Source: the human T2T-CHM13v2.0 reference genome, Homo sapiens | Assembly (NCBI RefSeq): GCF_009914755.1 | Contig: NC_060936.1 | Length of the DNA stretch: 64,000 nt | Direction: 5' to 3' (one strand) | In this document: piece after piece, positions 1 through 23,000 of the stretch | How positions within the stretch are numbered: the first letter of the stretch is position 1 | How the letters are laid out: the number at the start of each line of letters is the position of its first letter | Notes under the pieces: generated by a model | The model's database searches: none | Told to the model about the DNA's origin: nothing | Seen by the model: the letters and a program-made list of their open reading frames with translations, nothing else | Translations under genes and position numbers: made by a program

Positions 1-1109
<1,109 letters not shown>

Positions 1110-1559
1110 GAAAGTATAAACATTTCACATTCCAGGAAGCCCAAGATAGTCATAGTATTTCTGCCCTTGAAGAAACAGAAGCTTGTTCCAAGGTGGACAT
1201 GTTCTTAGGAACTATGCAGTGCCTCAGTTTAGCTGGGTGGTAATTATTTTAGCTTGGCTGCATTTTCATATCCACTCTCCCCCTTTAGCTGCAAGACCTT
1301 TCAAGTCCTCTCTGTTATTACTAACTACCATTCATGGATGAAAGCAAGTGCCTAAATTCCCTACAACTCTGCCTCTGTTAGGGGTGTCCTTCTCTCCATC
1401 CTCCATCAGTCCCTGTGCCAGATTTTCTTAAGCTCTGTCTTCAGGCTCTTTAAGGTCTGCTCTTACTTACATTTAATCTGTTAGACTTTTCTGTGCCAGT
1501 GACTTAAACATCAGCTCTAAAGTCAGAGTTGATCTTTCAGGTTATTAGAGCTGGCTTAT

Positions 1560-1770
1560 AATAATGATGAAGGTGAATATAGTAACAGCAACAGCTAACA
1601 CACGTACTGCCTACTGTGTACCAGACACTGTTCCAAACACTTTACATATATTTATTTCAGTCATACAACCTTATGAGGTAGGTACTACTTTCTCCTAAAT
1701 GTAAGGGAAGAACCTGAGACACAGAGAATTAAGCAGTTTGCCTGTGGTCACACAGTACAGTAACTGATAG
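1560..1770. mobile_element. Degenerate MIR/L2 fragment
   Basis: MIR-like phrases (acaaccttatgaggtaggtact...gaacctgagacacagagaattaag...cctgtggtcacacag); boundaries approximate. Confidence 0.6.
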
Positions 1771-3599
1771 AGAAGAGACTATGTTATTTTTAGACCTTGA
1801 GTTTTCCACAAGACCTATGTCTTATTTATCTCTGTATCCCCAGTTCAAAGCATAGTAGTGTTCCATCCATGTTGGAATTAGTGCAAAGTGCCAGGCCATC
1901 AAGTTAACATAGGGGATAGTGTCATTTTGGTTAAGAAAAAAAGACTGAATCAAAATCTCCAATTGCGAGTACAGTGTGGTGTATTAGGAGTATCTGGGGC
2001 CTGTTTTATTATGAGTCCTCATAGAACATTTAAAAATAAAATTAAAAGATCTGTTCTGACTTCTGAAATGTTAGTAACCAGCAGTAGGGATCTGACATTG
2101 AATAATAGTCCTCTTCCAGAAACAAAAGCAGTATTAACATTTGTCCTTTTTTCTTTTTCAATTAAAGCTGGTGCTGCTGGAGTTGCTGGTCTTTGATGCT
2201 GAGGGATTACGTTTCTGATAGTTACCGAAAGGATAATAACAAAACTTTTATTGTGCTCTAATTTAGACATTAGTTCAAATGAAACAAAATTAAACATGCC
2301 CCTATCTAGTGGATGTATACCTTCTAAATGGCACATAGTGGCTTTTATACATGCCTTCTATAAACAGTATGACCAGGAAAGCATTGACTTTATCAGGCAT
2401 TCCCTCACAATTGTTAGGGCCATCAGACCTTCCTCATTCCAGGGGATGAGTTTTTGTCATCCCTGGAAATCATCCAATATCTGACTATTTGTTTTTGACT
2501 TAAAAAGGGGTAATGAAATGGAAAGAAACTGAAATGGGAGTCAGAAGCTAACAAGTTCTGTGATCCTGGGCAGGAACCTTCATGCAAATTGTATCTTTAC
2601 GGGCCTAACTTTGTTGACCCATGCCTCAATTTCATCACCTGCAAAATTAGGGTTTTGAACCAGATTATCTCTGAAGTTTCAACTCTCAAACTGCATGTTT
2701 TCCTTTGAGCTAAAGCCAATATTCTATTTGGAATTTTCACTTTATCATAAATAATTATAGCTATAGTGTATTACATATTTAACCTGTGCTAAACATTTCA
2801 TATATATTATTGCATTTTAATGCTAGCATAACTTGAAAGGTAGTTTTTTTTTAATCACCATCTTTCAGATGAGGAAACTGAGGTAGAGAGTGGTTAGATA
2901 ATTTTTGAAGGTCATACAGCTATGTACTTTGTTTATTCTTCCCTTAAGATAATTACTGTATTTTTGCCTTATTTGTGTACTTCTCAAGTCACCTGCCAGT
3001 TTATACAAATATTTATTCTGTGCTTTATATTGGCTGCTTCATAAGGGTTCATCTCATCTTCAGCTACTTAAGAATAAAGATTGTGTCTTATAGTTTATAT
3101 CTCTTATAGGGACATGAAACTTTGTATATTTCCAAAATGGAAGGTCTTTTAAAAATAAAATAAAAAAAACAAGCAAATGACTCCTTTCCTCCCTCAATCT
3201 TTCTAAGCTTACACTTTCTGAAATTTGTTATGATTATTATATCACTCTCCCCAGCCTCATTATTACTGAAATTCCTGATCTTTGTTTGATGTTATCAACA
3301 CAGTTTTTTTTCTTTCACCTTTCTCCCTAGATGTTGATGTCTTATGAATTTACCTTTTTTTTTTTAAGAGGGAGAGGTCTCACTGTGTCGCTCAGGCTGG
3401 AGTACAGAAGCTATTTGCAGGCACGATCATAGCTTGCTGTAGCCTTGAACTCTTAGGCTTTATTTCTCCTGATTGTTAAGATAATACAACCTCCATATTT
3501 GCAAACATCTGGATTCTGCTAAGCTTAAGTTTTGTTTTAGTTTCTTCTCCTTTAGCCTTTCACTGTCAAGTGCATTGCTGTTAAAATTACAGGTCCTTG

Positions 3600-3700
3600 A
3601 TCTTTTTGTAGTTCATAAACATGATGATTGGGCTTTCACACTTGTTTGAGGTGTGTCTTCCTCAAACCTTATAGTGTCAGCACATTGCCTGTCTGATGTG
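3600..3700 (+). pseudogene. U13 snoRNA (SNORD13) retro-pseudogene with A tail and target-site duplication
   Basis: atctttttgtagttcataaacatgatgattggg...cacattgcctgtctga resembles U13 (recalled ATCCTTTTGTAGTTCATGAGCGTGATGATTGGG...CACATTACCCGTCTGA); A-run at 3703-3711; TSD aaaattacaggt(c/t)cttg at 3583-3599 and 3708-3724. Confidence 0.9.
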
Positions 3701-4559
3701 GGAAAAAAAAATTACAGGTTCTTGTTTCCTGTGATTTGCTTTTCCATTTTTTCCCTATCTCATTTGGTTACCTATCCCTTACTCACTCTGTGACCAAGGC
3801 ATCTCCTCTGGGCCTCAGTTTCCTCATCTGTGTAATGAAGGAGTTCACTTAACTGATTTTCTTTTATTTTGGCAAGGTCCAGCTCTGACATCCTTGAAAT
3901 CTAAGATGGTACCAGATCTGCCTTCTCTGTTTCATCCCCAGTACCTAGGATAAATCTAGCCACACAGAAAGGCTTATTAAACTTTTGTTGACATTTTTTT
4001 TTAATTTGGGGTCTGTGTGTCTACTCTAGTTTCTTGGAGATTTTTTTCTTATTTTCATTCTGTAGTTACCTACTGTACCTTTAAACTTTTATTTCTCAAG
4101 GACAGTTTGTTTCAGCCTTGAAAGATCCTTCATTCAGTTCAGTTCAGGCATTTCTTGGCCAGGTACTGGACTAGCTACTGGGAATGCAAAAATGAATTAG
4201 ATGCTGTCACTGTCCTTAAAAAGCTTCAAATGAGGTGAAGGACTCATAAGAAGATAACTCATAAAATGTAATATGTCCTCTGCTAGAGTTTGTGCCTGGG
4301 GTGCTCTGAGAACGCAAAGGAGGGTCCCTCTGGAATGCCAAGGAGCACAGAAAGCTTCTGGGAAGAGATGATGCTATAGCTAAGTCTAGAAAGACAGAGT
4401 TAGTCCTGTGAAAAATAGGGAAGAAGCATGCCTAGGGAAAGAACAAGGATAAAGGGGACAGAGTTACAGGAGATAGAAGGTTGGCAGGTGACTGGCCTTG
4501 GAAGGCTTTTTGTGCCTGTTTGTAATAGGGAAGTACTAAAAGATTTCAGCAAGAAAATG

Positions 4560-9040
<4,481 letters not shown>

Positions 9041-9060
9041 GTGTATATAAAAAACTGTAA

Positions 9061-9577
<517 letters not shown>

Positions 9578-9765
9578 TGACACAGTAAGCTTGTCCAGTC
9601 TACTTCTACTCAGGTAAGTTTTTCTACCACTACGCCAGTGACATGTCTTCATCAATGCATTATAATTGCAAAATATGGGGAAATCCCACGTGCCTAATAA
9701 TAAGGGAATGGTAAAGGAAATACTTGATGGAATATTACAGTCATATAAAATGAGGATTAATAATA

Positions 9766-10062
<297 letters not shown>

Positions 10063-11607
10063 ACGTAGGAATGCTATTGATACAATGCTAAGTAAAAAAT
10101 TATAACAGTAGGATTGTAAGTAATTGTACACACACATATATGTAGAAAGATTGGGGAAAAAATAAAATGCTAGCAGCATTTTTAAAATACCCATATTCTG
10201 CAGTGGGATTTTGTTACATTTAAATTTTAAAATAAATGTCGTCATCCTCATTGTCACTGTCACTGCCACCCCAAAAGGTGCCCATTATCCATCATGCCCT
10301 GGCAAAAGAAAGTTTGAGAATTTCTCTCTTAAGGTAAAACTCAATTATTCAGGCAAAATATTAAAATAGTAGATCTTTCCTATGATAATTTCTAAGTTTA
10401 TTAGTTCATTTGTTTTCTTTCAACAAATAAGTAAACTGGATACTCGTATAAATAATGCAATTTCCTTCCCTCCATTTAACAAGAAAGTGTGTAGTGAACA
10501 GTTCTGCTTTGGCAAGTTTAAACAAGCTTAATCTAAAGGTTCTAGTTTGGGGGAATGTTCATATGTTATTAATCATGTCCACAAGCAAAGTAATGATGAA
10601 ACAGCTTTGTTCAGTGGGGAGGAAGTAATCTGTCCTAGATGGTACTCTGACCAACAGGAAAAGGAACACACTGTTACTTTGTTTTGCCAACTTGAGGATT
10701 CATTAAATAATAGTAACCCAAGCAAATTATAAAAAGAGTTTATTTCAGATAGTTTTGGGAGTGTGCATTAAAATTTTTAGCATTCTGTAACAGAACTAGA
10801 GATATTTTTCAAATGTTTTTTGCTTCATCATGCAATCTGTATTCAGTGAAAGTAAAAGAGACTTAAGTTTTGAAGATATTAGAAATAAGTATCTACAAAC
10901 AAACAAAAAATAAGTATCTAAAGATTAAAACATTGCATAATACCCAGTGGTGGCAGAGTATTGAGAAACAGGCATCAGGTGTATTTGTACTGTTGATAGG
11001 GATATAAATTGATGCAACCTTTTTAGAGGACTGTTTTGCAATACCTTGTTCAGAGTGAATGTGCGTATTCTTTTACCCAGTGATTCCACTTATGGAAAAT
11101 TACCCACAAGCACAAAGATGGGTGAACAAAGATATTTTTTGGAGCAATGTTCATAATAGCAAAAAAAATTGGAACACTCGAAATGCTCATCAGTAGGGAC
11201 TAGTTAAATTAGAATAAGGTAGATCTACATAGATACATACATATGAATAGAAAATTTCTAAAAGGACTCCCAAGAAAGATCTAATAGTGATTACCTGTGG
11301 TGGGTGGCACTAATACTAGGAGTAAGTAGAGATTTTAACTTTCATTTTAATTCTTCAGTTTTCTTTACTTTTTTTTACTCTGAACAGTTGTAACTTTTAT
11401 CATAGAAAGAAACCTGAGTTTAAAATGGGAAGAAAAATGCTTTAACTAAAGTCTTGCCATCTATTTTATATTCACCTATGATTTCAAATGTTTTTTGCCA
11501 CAAGTAATTACTGGCTGCTTAGTTAGGCATGGTAGCCAAAACTCATCATTTTGATAAGTAAACTATAAGACTTGTGTCTGCCATTTTCTGCTATAAGAAT
11601 GAATTGA

Positions 11608-11899
<292 letters not shown>

Positions 11900-11924
11900 G
11901 TGAAAGAGAAAGAGTGAAAGAAAG

Positions 11925-12360
11925 ATTTGGGCAGAGGGTCCTAGATGGATGTGGAGACCTGGCAGGAGAGTGGCTGCAGCTGGGGAACCTGAGGCCAGGC
12001 CTCGAGCATGAGCACTGACCCTGCTGGGCAGTGAGTGAGCAGTCTGTGGCCTGGTCAGCAATGCCTCCTCCCAGCCGACCGCCTGCCCTTGATGCAGGTT
12101 AGGACTCTACAGAGCAGAGGGGAGGCTGGGCCCTGTGCCAAGCCCTGGGTTGGATAGGAGCCCAGTGGTCCTCTCGCCCACGCAGGTGGGAATGGTAACA
12201 GCAATGGATGCCTTAGAGGAAGAGAGCTTCAGGCTGTCCTCCTCCACCTCTGATGCAGAATTTGATGCTGTGGTTGTATATTTAGAGGACATTATCATGG
12301 ATGACAGGTTCCCAATTATTACAGAGAAATTACATGGACAAGTACTACTAGGACTTGTAA
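11925..12360 (+). pseudogene. ARL2BP (BART) processed pseudogene fragment: putative 5' UTR plus first ~50 codons
   Basis: From ATG 12204: MDALEEESFRLSSSTSDAEFDAVVVYLEDIIMDDRF, then a 1-nt frameshift to QLLQRNYMDKYY*; matches the recalled ARL2BP N-terminus MDALEGESFALSFSSASDAEFDAVVGYLEDIIMDDEFQLLQRNFMDKYY; no introns; upstream GC-richer segment taken as decayed 5' UTR (left boundary approximate). Confidence 0.9.
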
Positions 12361-15180
<2,820 letters not shown>

Positions 15181-15468
15181 CCAAAGTTTTTACCATCCTG
15201 ATTCTGTCACTGAGATGCTGGGCAAGTTCCTTCAGTTTCCTGAGCCGATTTCCGTGTTAATTGGGGGTAACAATCAAGATAATGCATTGGAAAGCAATTA
15301 GCACAGTTCTTGACACATAGTATGTACTCAGTAAATATTACTAATGTGATTCTTAGGCAAAAGTGAATGACTAATGTGTTTTTAAGTGATTGAGAAGTCT
15401 AAAACAGCCTAGTGGGTATCTGAAATTAAATTTAGAATACGAAGGAGAAATAATATAGGGAAAATATT

Positions 15469-15762
15469 CCCAGGAATGTTTATTGCCAGAATTGTTCACA
15501 GGTTTCAGGGTGTGTAGGGTGGGGTGAGGGAGTTGGCAGCCTAATGCTGATTCCTTGCATCATAAAGCCAAGCTATGAAATTGTTCATTTCCAATAAGTT
15601 ACTTCATGTAGCTCTGAACTTCTAAGTTTTTTAAGGAGTCAGTTGTATATCAGAATCTTACTAGCTCATTACTTCACTGACTGAAACTTGGGAAACAAAG
15701 ATGATTCATAGGAAGGAAAATTTAAAGGTTAGAGGGTATTTAAATGAAAATCAACTAGAGTA
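15469..15762 (+). repeat. Copy 1 of a ~300-bp local direct repeat
   Basis: cccaggaatgtttattgccag...tttaaatgaaaatcaactagagta recurs colinearly at 18094-18404. Confidence 0.95.
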
Positions 15763-16874
15763 TGGTTTGATTTTATTTTGTTTTGTGTTTTGTAATTGTT
15801 TTTAAAATAGCACTGTAGGTTGAGAATCTTCTGTGGCTCTGTAGTCCAGTGAGGTAACATTTGTTGAATATGTGGAACCAAAAATAAAAAAGATGGACAA
15901 TTGATTATATAGTACTTGAAGATAAAAAGAACTACTGAACATGTAACCATTACTGTGAGAGCCTCATTGAACAGCTAGCCTACCACTTCAACATTATCAC
16001 CATCCCACCTCCTCGGAAAGCCTTTCCTGGCCGTTCCAGCACACGGTGATCTCTCCCGAGAGAACCCATAAAGCTTACTGACCCCATTTGGCCTCAAAAA
16101 AGCATTGAGGCAGTTACTTAATTTGTCCCGTGGCTCTCCTCTCCACAGGACAGTGGGCAGGGCTCCCTCAGTAGGGTCTGGGCTGGGACCCTCAGGAGGA
16201 GGGCTGGAGTTTGTGTTACCAAGTGAGCCTCCTGCAACACCAGATGGTATTTGGTGTTTGCTGTATTTTAGCATTAGATCATAAATGGATTGAGGTGGGA
16301 AACAGGCACCTCTGCTGGCACTCCCCAAAGAATTAAAAGTTGCAAAAATGTCCTTGAGGAATGAGTGGCAAAAAATCTTAACAGGTATGACAAGAAATTT
16401 CAAATAGTGTCCATGTTAAGTAGAGGAGAGAAATGCAGATGCACGTGATTTGACTGAGCCCACTTGAGGAAATTGATGGGAGAAGTAAAGGAATTTCTAA
16501 GGCAGTAGGTATAACCATCTTATTCTTTTATGTAAAATATTCAGACTTTCAATTTATTAGATATTTGCTGAGTTTCTGCTATATGTAGAGTAATAATGAT
16601 AACTAACATTTGAGAGCATACTATTTCCTAGGGCTGTTTCCTTTGATCAGTAGAGTGGTCTTGCACCTATTCAGGGTCATTAATGGTAGAGGTGGGGGTG
16701 GGAGTTTGTCCTGTTTTGGACTAGAGAACAAATGGATGGGAAACCAGCATCTCATCTAGTGCTCCTTAAAGAATAGAAAGTGCAAAGAGATGCTTGATAA
16801 ATGAAAGGCAGAAACCTTAACAGAGTTCCTTTGCATAACCTCCGAATCAGCTCTGCAGGTCTCCTCTGTTTCAG

Positions 16875-16991
16875 GCATCAGAAGTTGAGAGACAACTCTC
16901 CATGCAGGTCCACGCCCTCAGAGAAGACTTTCGGGAGAAAAACTCATCAACCAACCAGCACATTATCCGGCTGGAGAGCCTTCAGGCCGAG
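16875..16991 (+). CDS. BICDL1: BICDL1 coding exon (117 nt, phase 0-0): ASEVERQLSMQVHALREDFREKNSSTNQHIIRLESLQAE
   Basis: ctctgtttcag| acceptor, GAG|gtgagc donor; 39 open codons, coiled-coil; in frame with next exon. Confidence 0.95.
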
Positions 16992-18093
16992 GTGAGCCTC
17001 CCGACACAGCAGTGCTGGAAGGTGGAGTGCTTTTCTCACTGGGAGACAAAAAACTGCTCTATGTAAAAGGGCCTAAAATCTCTACAGAAAGACATTTCTG
17101 TGCGAAACTAAATGGGAAACATTTGATCTGTTTCTCTGGGTAGCCTGTTGTCTGGAAAAATGAAGTTGCTCAGAGTTACTGCCGGGTGTGTTGAAATCAC
17201 GAATGACCTACATTTTACTGAATATGTTGATCTCTCCAAAAATATCCTTGCCAATCCCAAACAGGAGGTGGGAAAGGGCATCTCGCCTTTCTCTATTCCA
17301 TTTAGGCCCAGTTCAGTCCAACTTAGTAAGGTCTACTATCATTCTCACCTGCAAAATGAGAGAAATAGAAGTTTCTACTTCACAGGTTTTTGCAAGGATA
17401 TTATGGGTTAATGCATACAAGGCACTTTATATGATACCTGGAACACAGTGATGTTATTGGAACCATAGGAGAGGCCAGAATGTGAGGGCCAGGATGAGGG
17501 GAAAAAGAAAGTATCGGCAGGGGAACAATACTCTGAGAACCTGGTTGTGGAAGGTGAAGAGAGGGTAAGGATCTTATCACCAGCCCAAACCAGGCCTCCC
17601 CCTAGGGGAGGCTTCCACCTGGTCTGCTTTTGAGGACCCTTTAGCCAAGTATCTGGCTAAAGGGGCCAAGTAGCAGCCCCTTTGCTAAGTCAGAGTTTGA
17701 AGGACAGTCTAGAGCCAGGTTGAACAAGTAACCTTCCACTGTGACGAAGCGATCTGCCATCATGGTCAGGCCAGAGAAACCCAGATAGCCTGTTCCCCTG
17801 CTCGGTAAATGACCTGAGGATGTTTTTCCTAAAGTCTGTCAATATCTTCTCTTTTCTCCTGCCTCCTATTCCCTTCCTTCCCCCTTTCCCTTGGAATGCC
17901 TACTGGTATTGAGCAGCAGGTCCTTGAAGTAAGTAGAGTTTGTTCCAGTGGGGTTTGGCATGCCTGTGTGTGACCATTTGTGTGCATGACTTGCCATTCA
18001 CCTGCCTCTGCCAGCCTCTGACTCCTTCACGTTTCCTGTCTTCCTCTTTCCTCACCCGTTCATTTTTTCTAGACCCTCATGAACCGGGTCGTC

Positions 18094-18404
18094 CCCAGGA
18101 ATGTTTATTGCCAGATTTTTTCACAAGTTTCAGGGTGTATAGCGCTGGGTGAGGGAGTTGGTGGCCTAACACTGATTCCCTGCTTTGTCCATGAACACTG
18201 CTACCTTTAAAAGGCAAGCTATGAAATTGTTTGTTTCAAGTAAGTTACTTTGTGTAGCTCCGAACTAAGTTTTTTTAGGGTCAGTTGTGTATCAGAATCT
18301 TATTACCCCATCACTTCACTGACTGAAAGTTGGGAAACAAAGATGATTCATGGGAAGGAAAATTTAAAGGTCAGAGGGTATTTAAATGAAAATCAACTAG
18401 AGTA
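18094..18404 (+). repeat. Copy 2 of the ~300-bp local direct repeat
   Basis: Colinear match to 15469-15762 with substitutions and one ~20-nt indel. Confidence 0.95.
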
Positions 18405-19898
18405 AGAATTGTCTTCACATGGGTAACTTTGCTTCAGTGTAGGAAATAGTGGACCCATTCACAAAAGGGGCTTGCTCCTTTTGGTCCCCTACCCAGATGC
18501 ACACTTGAGAGACAATATTTCTTTGTTTGGCCAGATATCTGATCTCTCTGGACAAAGGCCACATACTTTGTTTCCCCAGGACAACATCCTATCTGATTGA
18601 ATTGGTGGCCAGAGAAGATCTGTGCCCTGTGAGCAGAATTCTAGTTCAGAGAATGAGAACAGATAAAAAGTAAAGGGAAAAGTGTATCTCGTAGGACTTG
18701 AAACAAGCTAGACATTCATTTCAGGATTTCCCCTGGAAAAGTTCTAAGGTTGGTCCCCAAAACTTGCACAAGTAAAAGCCTTAAGGAATTGTTATCAAAG
18801 CTGGACTAGAGAGCTTGGAGAATATTTTAACCATGTCAAGAAAATATTTACAAGCAAGAAACTGGTTAAGAATCAGTCCAGCAGGGCACTGCTAAATAAA
18901 TGGGAGGATCCACGAGGACCTCCAGGATTCCAGAAGGTCCCCTAGGAGTCAGATCCAATTGGCAGGGCTTTCTGGACCCCCTGAGCCAGGGTGGTGATCT
19001 TTTGAGTGAAGCATCCCTGGCCTTGGGGAGCACTGGCTCAGCTTCTCACCCTTCAAACCTTGAGGCCAGAGGAGACTTGGCATCTCTTCCCTCTTTGCCT
19101 CTGTTTTCTCACTGACACTGAAGAGATTAGACAGACCTTCCTAAAAGAAGATTTACTTATGTGGAGACTGACTAGGTATTCAGTGTATACGAACATATCA
19201 ACCTGTTTCATAAAAAGAATTTGCGCCTCTTCACGAATGACTCGCTCAGGTAAAAGTTACTCTGAGTAAAGTCAGCATTCACTTGTATCTGTGTCCTGCT
19301 CCATCCCAGGACACAGGCTGATGCAGGCACTACTTTGTTTTCTGTACCCTGGGAGCTCTTCCCTTAACTCAAGGCACTGGATCTGAGCTGTGACCTCTAG
19401 TGCCAGAGGGGCCAGGAGCGGGGAAAGGAAGACGGAGGGGAATCCCGGGGTGTGAAAACACGGCGCTCCAGAGGATTTCCTGGGCATTTTCTTGTGCTCA
19501 TGACTTGAGGAGGAGAAGTAGTGCAGCAGGTTAGGTTCCACTCCTCCTGCCAGTTGTAAGGATGGGGTAAAGTTGAGGGCAGGCAAGGTGGAGCCCTTTT
19601 TTTTTTTATCTTATCTCTGGAATTTCCAGAGCACTAGCCTTCCCTTCCTCTGCCTGGCATCCCACATTCCAGCTTCCCCAGAGCTCAACTCCTACTCCTT
19701 CCCAGACAGGTTTCTAGAGGGGAGGGGTTTTCTCTTCAGCTTAGGGTTTCATAGCTATTCTCTCAGAGATGGGGGTACCGTGACATTGGGCAGAATACTG
19801 AAAGATACTTGCCTTCATGTTTTGGGGCTAGTCCCTAGTTCCTACTTGTCAGCCCGGGTGTAACTCCACACCACCCCTGTGGCTCTCCACCCTTTCAG

Positions 19899-20045
19899 AT
19901 CAAGATGCTGTCAGATCGGAAACGGGAGCTGGAGCATCGTCTCAGCGCTACTTTAGAGGAAAATGACCTGCTCCAAGGGACCGTGGAGGAGCTACAGGAC
20001 CGGGTGCTAATCCTGGAGAGGCAGGGCCATGACAAGGACCTACAG
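19899..20045 (+). CDS. BICDL1: BICDL1 coding exon (147 nt, phase 0-0): IKMLSDRKRELEHRL...RQGHDKDLQ
   Basis: ccctttcag| acceptor, CAG|gtactg donor; 49 open codons with heptad pattern. Confidence 0.95.
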
Positions 20046-23000
20046 GTACTGGGGTAGAGAAGCTGTCCTGCAGGACTAGAGCCAGATGAAAGGAGCACTT
20101 AGCCAAAAAGAAAAGGCTGGGAGGCCAGCATCACTGCTGGGGTAAGCTGGGAGTGGATGATGCTGAGGTCTCGCTGTGGGGCCTGGGGCATTCACTAACT
20201 TGGCTCTTCCGACTCTGCCTAAAGGAAGTGCACTGCTACCCACAGATCATTTCTACAATGTGTTCTGAGCCACTGGCCCACGGAGCAGTTTCACAGAGTT
20301 CTCTCTGGGTTCTTAACATGGCTGGAACACCAGGAGTGCTATTCTGGCCTCCTAGCATTTGCGAAATCTGCTAGAAGGTTTCAGAGGGAGCCTGTGACTC
20401 TCTAACTCAGCTCATAATGCTCTCTGCTGCTGTCTTCCCAAGCTCATGGATTTAGTTGGCTGGCATGGAGCAGAAACCTGAAGCTGCCCACTGAACACAG
20501 CAAGATTTATATGCTGCTTCTGCCAGTTGCCAGAAAAGGCATAGACTGACCCCTTTGTGAGCCTCATCAGTCTCTTTTTTTCTTTCTGAAGGAAATTGCT
20601 TCATGGCCATATTTGTTCTTATTTGGGAACTGCTACCGGGCCTCAGCTGAATCCCCAAGCTCACACTTGACAGGAAACAACTCCCAAAACAAAAAGATAT
20701 CATCACTCCAGTCTTCCCAGAAATAGAGTACAGCATCTGCTACCAAGATGCTTTGCTGGGCTGGCCTAGGAGGACTTGGGGTCAGAAACTAGGAGTGCAT
20801 TGCTTCCCTTTGGCATTCTCTGTGCATGCCAGGGAGTGCACTGGATTGCAACAGTGATGTTTGTGCAGAGGTGGTCAGCCAGGTGTACTCAAGCACCAGG
20901 TGGATCTCTGCCCGAAGGCTAGGCCACAGAAGGTCCCACTGGGCTCATAGGTAGGCTGTTTGAAAGCCTTGGGGTATGGGATAAGGAAATATAATGTCTT
21001 GGACTAAGATTACTTGTCCCTGGCACCATCAGCTAAGCTGACACCTGAGTGATTAACCGCTTTGAGGGAAAATGAATGGCTTTTATCTCTGCATGTTTTT
21101 AGTACCTTCAGCTAGTAACTTTCCATATATTAATAGTAGTACCTCAGTCAATGTTGAGTAGAAAATGGTGCTGGCTAAAGCCTTACAGCAGTTTTCAAGA
21201 TGGAAAAGAATTTGCTCATTTTTCAAGGTTGATGATAATAATAGCAGTGAACATTTGTGTGCCTCTTTGGCATACAGGGTGCTTTTAGCATACATCATAA
21301 AGCTGAAATTGAGAAAAACTGAATCGTTTATCCAAAGTCATGTAGTGAGTCTTTGGTAGAATCGAGACTGGAACCCTCTCACCTGCTTTACCTGTAGCTC
21401 AGTGATAACTTCTTGGTATCACTTGCCTCCAAAAATCAGTTCCTGACCAGCATTTATTACCCTATCAAGCTGCTCTCCTGAGGGTTGCTGACATACAGTA
21501 TGGGAGGAGAAGGAAAATAAGTATGGAGAAAGAGAAAAATGGCCCTTGCCTAAAAGAAACTTTCAGTTCAGCATGAATTTATAGTGAAAAGTCCTTATTT
21601 CAAATCAAGAACTGTGGACCTGGGTTGGGGGAAAGAGGCAGGACTAGTATGCCTTCAGGGGCCTGACCAGCACTGTGGGCTGTACATTCTTTAGCAGCGA
21701 GAATCCCGTCATGCCACATGCACTTGCTCACCATGTGCACATCCACTGTCTTTCTGTTGAACTTCAAGACTGAGAAGGTGTCATTCACCTAAGGACCTGC
21801 AGCAAGTCAGGCAGTACTCAACTGATTTGGAAAATCTGCATTTATAGGCTGAATTCTCATCTTCTCTAACAATTTATCATTATAGTCCTTCAGTTCATGT
21901 GAAACTCTCCAGTTGCCACTAATTACCAGTGTCCTCCAGAAAGTCCTTTCTGTTGCTAAAATGGCCCGTACTGATACAGAAATAAAAAATCCAGCTTACT
22001 CAGGTAGCAGCTGAATGATCCTAAACCATATTTGTAAAATGTAAAGCTAGTGGCCTTGGAATGTACTTAATCCTTTGATTTTAAATCCTCAGACAAGGGT
22101 GAGGGATGGCTGAGCAGGCAAGGCAACAGGCCTGTCACAACCAGGGGAGCCCCCTTTTGATCTCTGTCACTATATAATTGGGGTCCTGCTGTCAAAAACA
22201 GATTTTCAAACAACTGATCAAATCCAACTCTGAATTTTTTCAGACCTGAGAATAAGCATAAAAATTATTATTCATTGAACACCCAGTATATATCAAGTAT
22301 TTTGCCAAACTCTTACTATCCAGTAAAGGAAATCTATTTGTCCCTCTAAGGGCCACTTAACTGCCCTGTCTCATACTCAGCTGGGCATCTTACAGATGTC
22401 TGCAGGGCCTAGTCCCAGCGACTGGGTGGATTCCATCAGCAGAGCACAGGCCCTGCTCACTGTGGGGCAACCCAGGAAGCAGGTGACCTGGAGCCTAGAC
22501 CTTGCTCTAATGCTGATTGTGTACCATTAGGCAAATCACGTAACATCACACCATCCCAGTTCCCTTAGATGAGCGTAAATGTAGTGTACTGTACAAACAC
22601 AAAGCACTTGGTGTCATTCTTATTCATACATATAAGTATACTTAGTGTCATCTTTGTCATATAAAGGATGATGTTTCTTATTTTAAAGGGCTCTTAAATG
22701 TAATAGACTCTTCTCTTGTTTGGTTTGGTTTTTCTGCCTGTGTCTGTCCAGTTGGTGAATCAATTGTTGACTGGAGAGTGCAGACCTCTCCTGGTCTTTT
22801 GTTCCCTTGCTGTTATCATTAATTAAGCACCTTTGAGTGTGCATGAGTAATTGAACTAATTTTGTCCAGTACATAAGAACTTGTACTTGTCTGTGCCAAA
22901 CTTCCTCCTGCTGAGATGTGTGTGGAGTTGTCTAAAAAATAATTGTGAAGCATTTTGCCAGTTTAATATGCCATTTGTAATTGTGCCAAATGCTTCCTAG

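Noticed and set aside
15469-18404. Direct repeats as paired LTRs of a retroelement
   Set aside because: No TG...CA termini, PBS, PPT or TSD seen, and the interior contains a host coding exon
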